Part shown: piece after piece, positions 1-12,654 of the stretch
Layout: every line of letters begins with the position of its first letter
Numbering within the stretch: the first letter of the stretch is position 1
NCBI GenBank assembly: GCA_951406725.2
Contig: OX597817.1
Coordinates: 77,686,001 to 77,750,000, forward strand
DNA: 64,000 nucleotides
Direction: 5' to 3'
DNA from: Octopus vulgaris
Taxonomy: Eukaryota
Made by a program: the position numbers and the translations under genes
The notes under the pieces: generated by a model
Seen by the model: only the letters and a program-made list of their open reading frames with translations
Told to the model about the DNA's origin: nothing
Databases searched by the model: none

Positions 1-383
1 CTGCCGCTCATCTCGTAAAAGATAGAGATATGTTATATTAAATCTTTGAGCGAGATATCAACAGTAGCGGTACGGAATCGTATCATGTATTTGCCAACTA
101 AGTGTGGTATCCTATACAGGACAGTGCTACTGCAGGAAGACATCTCCGCCAGCTGGCTAATGTCACACAGTCTGTGTCCGATTAGTATTTACGAGGGGAG
201 GTCATCACTCCCATCTCTAGCCTTACGTGATATACATGGACTCGAGTTTCTGGGTGGTTACCCGTCCTCAGCGTGTGTTAATCACTGGCTAGTGATGAAA
301 GCTCATTCCACTCGCTCATTACTACATACTTTTAAAGCGACTCACTGTCGCTGATCTCGTAAAAGGCAGCCGCATATGTTCAT

Positions 384-385
<2 letters not shown>
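1..385 (-). mobile_element. HHR-bearing repeat (PLE pseudo-LTR or retrozyme-like), ~345 bp unit, truncated by window start
   Basis: 1-40 (ctgccgctcatctcgtaaaag...) recurs at 346-385; 88-180 aligns to 50993-51100; contains an HHR on the minus strand. Confidence 0.6.
234..276 (-). ncRNA. Minimal type-I hammerhead ribozyme
   Basis: Minus strand: acacg CTGAGGA c gggt-aacc-accc a GAA ACTCGAGT C catgt; palindromic helix III, GUC triplet, one helix I mismatch. Confidence 0.75.
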
Positions 386-950
<565 letters not shown>

Positions 951-984
951 TTTGCTCTCTCTCTCTCTCTCTCTTTCACTCTCT

Positions 985-1057
<73 letters not shown>

Positions 1058-1068
1058 ATATATATATA

Positions 1069-1295
1069 CTTTATTTTAAGCAGCAGAAAATTCAACAAAA
1101 TCTGTAACTCTGAGTTTCTCGTTGCCGTTCATCAGACAGTTTTTGCTAGAAAAAACTGTCTGATGAACGGCAACGAGAAACTCAGAGTAACAGATTTTGT
1201 TGAATTTTCTGCTGCTTAAAATAAAGCATATTACTCTACCACTGGTATTTGAGTACTCTTTTTCCACCTTGTTTCACATTTATGTGTTTACTCCG

Positions 1296-1298
<3 letters not shown>
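1069..1298. mobile_element. Fold-back PLE terminus in (TA)n
   Basis: 76-bp inverted arms 1069-1144 / 1151-1226 with one mismatch and a 6-nt spacer; TA repeats on both sides. Confidence 0.8.
1156..1193 (+). ncRNA. Minimal type-I hammerhead ribozyme (mirror copy on minus strand 1102-1139)
   Basis: ctgt CTGATGA acg-gcaa-cga GAA ACTCAGAGT A acag: canonical core, helix I ctgt/acag, GUA triplet. Confidence 0.8.
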
Positions 1299-1334
<36 letters not shown>

Positions 1335-1451
1335 CATACACACGTGCAACTTTTAAAGGATACAAAAATGTAAGCCTAAAGGCTTAACGAACTCTTTTCC
1401 TCTTTTCCTTTTTCTTTTTCCTCCTGTCTATATTCCTCCGATAAACTAAAT

Positions 1452-1531
1452 CATTCTGATGACGGTTGCTACATGGAACGAGATAAATGCAAATTTACCT
1501 CAAAAATAACAAACTGAAACAGCTGTAAATG
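1452..1531 (+). ncRNA. Type-I hammerhead ribozyme with long helix II insert, within PLE-like terminus (~1330-1765)
   Basis: catt CTGATGA cggttg...caaact GAA ACAGCTGT A aatg; helix I catt/aatg, palindromic helix III. Confidence 0.7.
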
Positions 1532-2036
1532 TTATTTTAACTACAATTAAACTATGACCATTTAATACTAATGATCAACTTGTAATTGTTAATTGCTGCT
1601 CCATTTCTTTTCTTATCTGAATATATTAAACCACAGTTTATCATTTAAATCACCAACTACTGACAATCTTATAGCAACGCCTATACATAGTGAGGTAATA
1701 CACCAGTATATCCTACAGATACATTTATCCCTTAGACTGTTGCATAACCTCTAACTCATAATTTTATATGTGTGTGTGTATATATATATATTTACATGTG
1801 TTGTATATAGGGATAAATATGTGTGAACGTATATGTGCGTGGGCGAACGTCAGTGTGTCGAGAAGTATGAAGCATATGTTTGAGAATGAATATATGCTAA
1901 ATATTTAGCATAAAGAATATGAATATGGTTACAAGTATCTAATTGTAAATTCATTTACTCTGTCTGGCTGGAAATGTCTGTACGGAAGTGTCTGCTTGTA
2001 CTTATGTTTATACATATGCCTACGTGAATGTGCATA

Positions 2037-2264
<228 letters not shown>

Positions 2265-2607
2265 AGTTATAAATTATTTAAGTGGCTGGTCGTAATTTAA
2301 AACGAAAACACACAAGTAAAAAGCGTCACTAGAAGTGACTAAAGGTGCAAGTCAGTGCCAATATTGCTAGAAATAAGAGTCAAGGCAACTCATAGCCACG
2401 AACAGAACATTTTGTGTTCACAGAACACTATCTATTGACTGACAAAAGAGACAACCTACCTACCACCATTTGTGACATTAATCCGTCGCCCAGCATTAAG
2501 CTAACTCGACTTGTCAGTTTATAGAAAGCACCATACGACATACGAATCAGTATCTGATTCAGTAAAATGGCGCAGTGACAATTATAAATCATTTATGTTT
2601 ATATATG

Positions 2608-3317
2608 TAGGGTCAGTTGGGCACCGTCTGTGAGAAAAACAGCACCATGACGCAATCCACTCCGTCACAAATTTGGAAATGGCATGCTTGGCATTCATGC
2701 CAGAAGCTCCAATATGAACATTTCAAAGTGTTTGGCTGTCAATCTGAGGACAGTTCAATCTGAGGACATGTAACAAGAGTGATAAAAATCAAACATCGAG
2801 TCAACATCATAGTGTTTGGAGCGATCACTAGTGTTAGCGACTTTATGCCTAGAGGAGATAGTGCTACCCTGGTGTCAAGAGGGTGGCTGCTGGAAGACCT
2901 TATGTCTGGCAACAGGATTCTGCACCATGCCACACAAGCAGGACAACCCAGTCATGGCTGTCAGATAATTCATGTAACCACATCACCCCTAACAGCTGGC
3001 CACCTCACTCCCCAGACTGCAACCCCTTGATTATTATGTGTTGAATACAGTTGAATGAGGGACCAGCAAAACTCCTTGTAACACCAAAGATGAACTGAAG
3101 GCACAGATTATGGAAGCATTCACCAGCTTAAACAAGCAGACCATCTAGAAAAGTTGCTGGAGATTCCGAAGTTGTCTAAACTTCATTGGAGCCAATGACG
3201 ATTTTATTGAATAAGGATGTTTTCATGTAATTTTGGTAAATATATCTGTTAAAATGAGATGTCAGTGTTATTTTCATATTTGTGTAATTTAGACAACAGT
3301 TTATTCACCGGACCCTA
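2608..3317 (+). mobile_element. Deleted maT-type (DD37D) Tc1/mariner element
   Basis: VWQQDSAPCHT...WPPHSPDCNPL(frameshift)DYYV with 37 residues between the aspartates; ends tagggtc...gacccta. Confidence 0.85.
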
Positions 3318-3355
3318 TTCATACACACACACACATACACACACACACATACACA

Positions 3356-3421
<66 letters not shown>

Positions 3422-3928
3422 TACGAGAGAACAAGAGAAAAGTTTTTAGCTTTTCATAGTGCAAATATTTTATGTACACCACTTAACAAGAGTCTTATTT
3501 CCCTCACACAACTGACTCTTTTCATCCTTAAGTACTGCTTCTTCCGGTTTACCAAACTTTCAGAATTTTTTCTTAATATTCTTTAATTGCCTTCATACTT
3601 CTATTACAATATAAATTGGCTTCATTAAAACATTAATTTATTTCCCATAAATTCAATCATGTATCCACCGAGGAACATGTCCCCTGGTGTGGTGGAACTC
3701 TCTCTCTCTCCCTCTCTCTCCCTCTTCCTGCTCTCTCCCTCCCACTCTCTCTCTTCCTCTCTCTCCCTCTTTCTCTCTCCATTCTTGGTTCTCCACTCAT
3801 CATCATCTAACTTGGTCCTTACCTTCGTTTCTTGGTTTCTAAGCAATATTTGGATGGCATTGCATTTTTAAAAATATATATATTCTAAATTCTTGGACAT
3901 AATCATCGTAACTTATTGTTCTGGATGC

Positions 3929-3969
<41 letters not shown>

Positions 3970-4157
3970 ATGATGATCAAAGTGACAATGACTATGTTGA
4001 TAGTTGCTGTCATCAGAACTTGAGTGCCTCTTCTTCTTCTTCTTCTTCTTCTTCTTCTTCTTCCTTCTCCTCCACCACCACCTCCTCCTTCTCCTCCTTC
4101 TCCTTCTCCTCCACCTCCTCCTCCTATGTCTGCATAGTTATGTATATAGGTATGCAT

Positions 4158-4200
<43 letters not shown>

Positions 4201-4201
4201 G

Positions 4202-4246
<45 letters not shown>

Positions 4247-4267
4247 ATCTATCTATCTATATATATA

Positions 4268-4791
4268 TTGATAAAACGGTAAGATAACAAAAGAAAGAAA
4301 GAGACCTCAATATCATGTAAATAGAGGAAATTTATCTATACAATATGTTACATTACTCGGTAGTCAAGATAAAACTCTGAGTTTCAGATGCCGAAGTGGA
4401 AATCCACAACACCATCTCTTCGGTTATCTGGCTATTTGAAAACGTTTTGAAAAAATACCGTTAAATAAAGGGAAATTACTCTGTTATAACTCTGCTTGCC
4501 TGCGTACTTATACATCGCTCGCATTTTTCGTCATAAAAATTATATAAAAATACATAAAAAATATATAAAAAATATATAAAAATATATAAATTCTTCTTGG
4601 GACATAACATAGAAAGCATGTTCTATCTGTTTTCTTTAGGGGACCAAAAACGTAACAGAAACTTAGTCACATGTGGGCATGATCCGAAAAGCTCTGTCCT
4701 TGTATTTAGACATGTAGTGGATTTCCACTTCGGCATCTGAAACTCAGAGTTTTATCTTGACTACCGAGTAATGTAACATATTGTATAGATA
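4268..4791 (-). mobile_element. PLE 3' end with inverted partial terminal repeat
   Basis: Identical 75-bp inverted arms 4333-4407 / 4717-4791; spacer encodes CLNTRTELFGSCPHVTKFLL on minus strand (typical PLE ORF C-terminus); TA-rich flanks. Confidence 0.85.
4368..4428 (-). ncRNA. Hammerhead ribozyme, variant core CCGAAGA
   Basis: gataa CCGAAGA gatg...catc t GAA ACTCAGAGT T ttatc; helix I gataa/ttatc. Confidence 0.65.
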
Positions 4792-4795
4792 TCTA

Positions 4796-4850
<55 letters not shown>

Positions 4851-5044
4851 ATATTCATATATTTGTATACATATGTATGCATATATACGTATATACACAT
4901 ATATGAGTATGTATGTATATATATGGGTGTGTGTGTGTGTGTGTATACTGATATTTACGCATATATATGTGCATATTTATATATATATATATTTACATGA
5001 ACATATATTTGTAAGCTAAATAATTGACATAACCATACACATAG

Positions 5045-5272
5045 TAAAATTTCTTTTCCCCTGTCCTTCCCTCTGCAATCGTTTTTGTTCCAACCATTTT
5101 TCTTTTTTCTCCCTCCTTCTTTAATTTTCTTCAGTTTTCTTCGGATGAAGCAGCCGAGTCCGAAACGTCAAACTTCTTCCATTCCTTTTAACTGTCAATC
5201 TATTGCAACATTTTTCAAATCTTTCCCCACCCGTATTGATTCCTTTCATTCTGATTTCATTGCCTTCACAAC
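5045..5272 (+). mobile_element. Possible decayed PLE terminus with HHR remnant
   Basis: cggatgaagcagccgagtccGAAACGTCaaac in pyrimidine-rich context; core imperfect. Confidence 0.3.
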
Positions 5273-5783
5273 ATATGCATGTGTATATGTGACTGTATGT
5301 GTTTGAGGGTTTTGCGGGATTGTGTGTGCAACTGGCATGTGTGTTATATAAATATTTTTTGTGTAGGCTGGATGTTTACATAAACCTACAACCCATACAT
5401 ACAAGTACTCTAAAACTCAATTGTACATAAAAAAAAAATGAACCACCGTACATGCACGCACACACACACACACACGTGCACGCGCGCTTACACAAAAACC
5501 ACATACACATACCTAAAAACTCTCTGCTGTGACCACTTCCAAATATTCCGCTCATAAGCTTTCACTACTTACAAGGAAGTCAACACTTAAGCTGTGTGGC
5601 TCTTTCGTGAAACTGATTTACATTGACAAATAATGTATGGAGTTCATTGGTGTTTTTGCCTTTCTTTTTAACATATGATACTTTTCTAATATTGTTTGCC
5701 TGTTTGAGGATTATATCGAAGAATATATATCATAAAACCTTTTTGTTTCCTTTATCACGTCCTGTACTTTGGTTGTATCATTA

Positions 5784-5881
<98 letters not shown>

Positions 5882-6195
5882 ATTTTTGTACGTTGGTGTA
5901 TATGTATGAATGTAAAAATCGTCCAAAAGCTGAAAACACAAAAAGGATGAGCTAAAAATTGAGACAAAAAAAAAAGATGAGAAAAAATAAATGGAATCAA
6001 ATTATGGAATTATGAAATTCTTCGCAAATGATATTAATTAATTGTTGATGATTAAAAAGATTTTTATAAGGTAATAATGGCATTTTGTGAGTGTGTGTGT
6101 GTGTGGTGTGTGTGAGTATGTGTATACATATGAATACATATATATATATGTCACACACTCAGGCACACATACACATATGCACACACTTATATACA

Positions 6196-6506
6196 TAGGG
6201 TAAAGGCCCCCTTCGATCATGAATGACCATAGGATTGCACCCGGGATGTTCCCCTCTCAGGTACAAGTCTGTGCAAGGTTGTTTATGGAAGACCAGCAGT
6301 CACCTATGCATACCAGCCTCTCCTGTCCATGCTGTCCAAGGGAAAGTTAAAGGCTGATCAATATGGCTTGGCACCTGTGACGTCGCAACTCATTTCTACA
6401 GCTGAGTGAATTGGAGCAACGTGAAATAAAGTGTCTTGCTCAAGAGCACAACAAACAGTCTCATGATTGTGAGTCTGATGCTCTCACCATTGAGCCATGT
6501 GCCACA
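6196..6506 (-). mobile_element. tRNA-derived CORE-like SINE (family C)
   Basis: Reverse complement of the cttgagcaagacactttatttc core; homologous to 46186-46925. Confidence 0.75.
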
Positions 6507-6980
6507 TTTATATGTGTGTATACACGCAGGCATACATGCACATGCGCACATATTCCTTCTAAAAGGAAATGAATGTGCTTGACGCCTGACACATTTGCTC
6601 TTTGGTTTGTGACTCTTAACCCTCTCTGATCTTGGACCCTGCGTCTAACTTTAAACTTCACCTGGTCTCCTGACTCCCAAAATAAATATTTACCTATACA
6701 TCCCAGGTGTAATGGTTGCAAACAAAGTAATGGACAGAATCTGCTGTGTCTACTTTTTCTGCGTGTTGTTCATTACAGCTTTACAGGGAATCCGGCAGAA
6801 GTGACCTTTAACCTATTTCCGCAATAGCAGGAATACAGTGTGACAGCGTGAATAATCATCACATCAAACTACTGCTGTTGTGTGATTCCTAAGGGTTGTA
6901 TGTGGTCTAAGGAGAGCTGTAACAAACTATAAGAAGCAATTCAAGAATGGGACAAAAAAACATGGGGCTTCCTTTTACAG

Positions 6981-7300
6981 GGAGGTGCAATGGCCTAGTG
7001 GTTAGGGAAGTGGACTCGCGGTTGGAGGATCGCAGTTTCGATTCCTAGATCAAGTGTTGTGTGTGTTTATTGAGCGAAAACACCTAAAAGCTCCACGAGG
7101 ATCCGGCAGGGGGTGGTGACCCCTGTTGTACTCTTTCGCCACAACTTTCTCTCACACTCACTTCCTGTTTCTTAAGTAATCCTGCGATGGACTGGCGTCC
7201 CATCCAGCCGGGGGGGAACAAATATGCTACAGAAACTGGGAAACCGGGTCCATGAGCCTGGCTAGGCTTGAAAAGGGCGACATTTATCGTATCGTTTTTT
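6981..7300 (+). mobile_element. tRNA-derived SINE (family B)
   Basis: A box tggcctagtgg, B box gtttcgattcc; homologous to 62169 and 52888 copies. Confidence 0.85.
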
Positions 7301-7779
7301 TCCTTTTACTACATCTGTTAGATAAACGCCGTGTACAACTCCTAATAATTTCTCAAATGTACTTGAACTGGTCTCAAGTTTGTTTATCCTCCATTACTTC
7401 ATGAAACTACTCACGATATACATACATACATGCACCCATACATACACACATACATGCATACATACATACATACATACACACATATTTATACTACTGACTA
7501 GTCTGTATTACCACGATTGCCTGATAGATGGTTACGTGAAACCTTGAATAATAGTTCATGAAGTTTTTTTCCGGCTTTAATGAAATAGTAATTTACTCCA
7601 CATTTGTTATCCGAGTGCTATGTTTTCCATCTTGTTTTTCATCTCAGTGCTTACTTGTGTGAGTGTATGTGTGTGCATGTGTGTGTATGTGTACAAATGT
7701 GTGTGTTATATCAATTGATGACTGGATGTGTCTTGCACTATACTAAAATAAAGCTGAATATATCTGTATATAGAAACAA

Positions 7780-7963
<184 letters not shown>

Positions 7964-8313
7964 ATACAAAAGATGTGGTACCTTAAAGTGAGAACTGTTC
8001 CTGTTATTTTGGGTGTCCTAGGTATGATAAAAAATGGATGTCAGAAACATTTAGATAATATCCCAGAAGAACCATGTCTCAGAGAAATCCAAAAGTTTGT
8101 GCTGACAAGTACTGCCCACATCTTTAGAAAAACCCTATCAATTTAAATATCTGGGCTGTATTACATGAAGATACTTTGCTACTGCCCCCCACCAACGCCA
8201 CTTCCCCTCCCCAGGCTTTAAGTTGTACTGCAGCATCTCATACCCTTCACTCACCCTAGGACGCTGGGTGTGCTTCAGCAAGTGACAGTAACAAACATGC
8301 AGATTAAAAGTAA
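7964..8313 (+). mobile_element. R4/Dong-type non-LTR retrotransposon, 3' fragment
   Basis: KMWYLKVRTVPVILGVLG...EIQKFVLTSTAHIFRKTL plus 3' UTR shared with the next copy; (TAA)n flanks. Confidence 0.85.
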
Positions 8314-8323
8314 ATAATAATAG

Positions 8324-8385
<62 letters not shown>

Positions 8386-8388
<3 letters not shown>

Positions 8389-9414
8389 TCTGAATTAGAT
8401 GAAGAACCTGAAACCACTGCCACTAGATAAACAAAACGGATCAAGCAGACTGCAAAAAAGAAATGGCAGAAACAAAGTGAGGAGCGTTGGAGCCAGAAGC
8501 CTCTGCATGGGCAGTATATACTTCGAAGTCAAAATGCTGATGTAGACCAAGCAACAACCCATCAGTGGCTGAGAAGTTCAGGACTGAAAGTGAAGACTGA
8601 CAGCTTCATATTTGCAAGCCAAGGTCAAAGCTTGCTTACCAAAATCTACCAGGCTATCGATCTTTAAAATGGTATTGATCCTAAGTGCAGATTCTGCGAC
8701 ACATTTGACGTAACAATAGACCATATCGTCTCAGGATGTCCTGTGCTGACACCAAATGAATAAAAAAAATCACCACGATAAGGTAGGACAGTATTTACAT
8801 TCAAAAATATGTAAACACTACAAAATCAGCACTCCTGCTTACAGGTATGAACATCATCCTGAGCTAGTCATTGAAGGTAAAAATATCACTATTCTTTGGG
8901 ATTTTCCAGTCAACACTGACAGAACGATCCAGGCTAATCGACCAGACATAGTTATTAATGACAGGGAAGAAAATACTTGTAGACTAATAGATGTAAGAGT
9001 ACCCACTGATAAAAATATAATTGTATAGGAATTTGACAAATTAAGTAAATATAAGGACCTGGAAATTGAAATACAAAATATGTGACATCTTAAAACGAGA
9101 ACTCGTCCTGTTATTGTGGGTGTCCTAGGTATTGTAAAAAAATGCGAGTCAGAAACATCTAGATAAAATCCCAGGAGAACCATGTCACAGAGAAATCCAA
9201 AAGATCATGCTGACAAGTATTGCCCACATCCTTTGAAACTCCCTTTTCATTTAAATGTCTGTGTTGTATTACATGAAGATATTTTGCTACTGCCCCTGCC
9301 TCTTCCCCTCCCCAGGCTTTCAGTTATACTGCAGCATCTCTTATCCTTCACTCACCCTTGAATACTGGGTGTGTCTTGGCAAGTGATTGTAACAAACATG
9401 CAGATTAAAAGTAA
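8386..9414 (+). mobile_element. R4/Dong-type LINE, 5'-truncated and degenerate (zinc knuckle + RLE endonuclease)
   Basis: CRFCDTFDVTIDHIVSGC, HHDKV, LWDFPVNTDRTIQANRPDIV..LIDV..P, KYKDL; stops and frameshifts; (TAA)n flanks. Confidence 0.92.
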
Positions 9415-9422
9415 ATAATAGC

Positions 9423-9475
<53 letters not shown>

Positions 9476-9477
9476 TA

Positions 9478-9689
9478 ATCCTTTCTAGTAAAGATGCAAG
9501 GCCTGAAATTTGGGGGACGGGATAGTCGATTACATCAACCCTAGTGTTTCACTAATACTTAATCTATTGACCCCGAGAGGATGAAAGTCAAAGCCAACCT
9601 CGGAGGAACTTGAACTCAGAATGTAAACAAGGATGAAATTTCGCTAAGCATTTTGCCTGGCGTGTTATTGATTCTGGCAGCTCACTGCC

Positions 9690-9692
<3 letters not shown>
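9478..9692 (-). mobile_element. SINE family M (ggcggtgagctggcagaa head, gcctttcatcc central domain)
   Basis: Reverse complement of the copies at 12364 and 14603. Confidence 0.85.
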
Positions 9693-9731
<39 letters not shown>

Positions 9732-9779
9732 TTAATAATAATAATAATAATAATAATGATAATAATAATGATAATGATG

Positions 9780-9850
<71 letters not shown>

Positions 9851-10508
9851 TCTTTAATTATTTATTTGCAGTGACAATATCATGCAGCTTCCTGTGAAAT
9901 AGACGTCTCTATATGTAAATCACCATGTTACCAGTTTTCATGAACAACTATCAGCCATTTATGTGGTGATCGCAAAAGCAGAAACACAATTCTAATAGTT
10001 CTGATGTCATTGTATTTTGCAGGCAAATTTACACATAAATGTTATTGTAATATCTTTTCTTTAAAAAAATTTTGTACATAATTCCCCTCTTGAGGGTATT
10101 GGCGGTGACTCTAAGTCTCAATAAAACTATTGTTATATATTTCTTGTGTTAACTGTTTTCAATTTGTATTGCAATTTATTGATTATGATTTTAGGAATGC
10201 ACAATACATATATACATACATATGTATGCTCATGCTAGCATGGAAAGCGGACGTTAAATGATGATGATGATGATGATGATGATAAGCAGTATGTGCTTTA
10301 ATTGTTGTTCACAATGCTCTTTAAGGATCATCGTGTTGGTTCTTGAACCAGCTTATATCTCAGATATTCTGTGTATTTATAGGACATCTCCTAATTGGTC
10401 ATCGGCATGACAAGCCTGTTACCCGTGAACCTGTGAAGTATATTGTATCTATTAACTCAATATGTCTACAATGTGATTTTAACCAAACAAGAAACTGCTA
10501 ATTTCTTT

Positions 10509-10815
10509 AAAGACTAGTATTTATTCTATCAGCCTCTTTCACTGAACCATTAACTTTCAAGGATGAAAACAAACCATCATCGTTTGTCGAATAGTGGTTG
10601 GGGACAAATTGATCAAAAAGACAGACACACACACACATATACATATATATATATATATATATATACAACATATATTTTAGTTTCCCTCTACCAAACTCTC
10701 TCACAGGCTTTGGTTGCCTCAAGGCTAAAGTAGAAGACACTTGCCCAAGGTGCTGCAGAGTGGCACTGAATCCAAATTGGACGGAAGCAATTTTCTTAAC
10801 CACACAGCCACACCT
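10509..10815 (-). mobile_element. SINE family A, degenerate
   Basis: Reverse complement of the 18277 family. Confidence 0.75.
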
Positions 10816-11577
10816 TATACATTTGTATATTTCAGAAGTCTCATGGAAAGAGACCATTTTGGAAATACAACAAAAAAGTACCACCTGACTTTATTCTCCA
10901 AAAGTACACACTTTCATCTCATCTAAATGCCATGTGTATAATCTCTTTCTCTCTCTCTCTCTTTCTCTCTCTCCTTCTCTCTCTTTCTCTCTCCCTCTCT
11001 CTCTCTTTCTCTCCCCCTCTCTCTCTCTCTCTCTCTTTCTCTCTCCACTCACACACACATACATGTATGTATGCAGTGGGCTTCATTCAGTTTCTGTCTG
11101 CCAAATCCAAATCCACTCACAAGGTCTTCGGGTCAAGCCAGAGTTATGAGTAGAAAGCGCTTGTCCAAGGTGCCACACAGTGGACAATGAACAAACAAAC
11201 AAACTAATAAATAAGTAAATAAATAAATAAATAAATATATAAATAAATGAATACATGAAAGGAGGAAGCATAGGAACGGGCGGAGATATGCATTGTTAGT
11301 GACCTGAATTAGATGTCTAGTCTTTGAAAAGGACAAATGATATAATAAGAGAATCAAAATTATTTTCATCTTAGATTTATATCATTATTTCATGCTTCTT
11401 GCTTTCTTTTGTTACCTTTCATTTTTATTTGCTTAAATGTGTTATTTCTGTATTATTTTGTATTTTATTTTATTTTTATTTTATTTTATTTTAGTTTGTT
11501 TTATTTTTCTCCTCTGTTCCTGTTCGTTTCTTTATTTACTCCATACTGATGATCTTGATATAATGCCGTTAATATCA

Positions 11578-12262
11578 TTCTTTCTAATTTCTGGCACAAG
11601 GCTAGAATTTTTTTTTTTTTTTTTGCGGTGGGGAATAGTTTAGTCAATTATATTGATGCTAATGATAAGCTAGTGCTTATTTTAATCTAGGCGGAAAGGA
11701 TGAATGGCAAAGTTGACCTCGGTGTGATTTGAGTTCAGAACAAAATACCGCTCAGAACATGATTTAAGCTCAGAACAAAATGCCACTCAGAATATGATCT
11801 GAGCTCAACAAAATGGTGCTCAGCACATGGTTTGAGCTCAGAACAAACACGATTTGAGATCAGAACAAAACGCTGCTCAGAATATGATTTGAGCTCAGAA
11901 CAAAATGCTGCACAGCACATGATTTTGAACTCAGAACAAAATACCACTCAGAACTTGATTTAAGTTCAGAACAAAATGCTGCTCAGAACTTGATTTGAGC
12001 TCAGAACAAGAATGCCACTTTTCAATTCGCTCGACGTGCTAAAGAATGTACCAGTTCCCTGCTCTTCTTTTAAATTTTGGTACAAGGCCATCCATTTTGA
12101 GTAGGGGGTGCAAGTCGATTACATCGACTTCAATACTCAACTAGGAGATTATTTCATCAATCTCAAAAGGATGGAAAGTAAATTCAGCCTCAACGAGATT
12201 TCAGACGTGTTGTAAAGAGCTGGAGGTAATGCAGATTACGATTCTGCCAGCTTGCTGTCAAC
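11578..12262 (-). mobile_element. Two degenerate family-M SINEs, the first containing a minisatellite
   Basis: aaaggatgaatggcaaagttgacctcgg and second copy at 12070-12260. Confidence 0.7.
11735..12018. repeat. ~35-bp minisatellite, about 8 units
   Basis: Unit tcagaacaaaatgcYgctcagaaYatgatttgagc. Confidence 0.9.
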
Positions 12263-12363
12263 ACTTCTGTACTATTCCCAATATTTTCATGAACCCTTCG
12301 TGATTAATAAAAAAGTTATTATTATTATGATTATTATTATTATTGTTGTTGTTGTTGTTATTA

Positions 12364-12565
12364 TGGTGAGCTGGCAGAATCGTTAGCACACTGGAAGAAA
12401 TGCTTAGCAGTATTTCGTCTGTCACCACATTCTGAGTTCAAATTCCTCAGAGGTCGACTTTGCCTTTCATTCTTTTGGGGTCGATAGAATTAAGTACCAC
12501 TGGGGTCGATATAATTGACTAGCCCCTTCCCCCAAATTTCAGGCCTTGTGCCTATAGTAGAAAGG

Positions 12566-12566
<1 letters not shown>
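12364..12566 (+). mobile_element. SINE family M with (ATT)n tail
   Basis: A box tggcagaatcg, B box gagttcaaattc, gtcgactttgcctttcat domain. Confidence 0.88.
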
Positions 12567-12619
<53 letters not shown>

Positions 12620-12654
12620 ATCATCATTATTATTATTATCATCATCATTATTAT

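Noticed and set aside
6981-7055. tRNA gene
   Set aside because: The tRNA-like head continues into a multi-copy SINE body and lacks a proper acceptor stem; the same applies to the other SINE heads.
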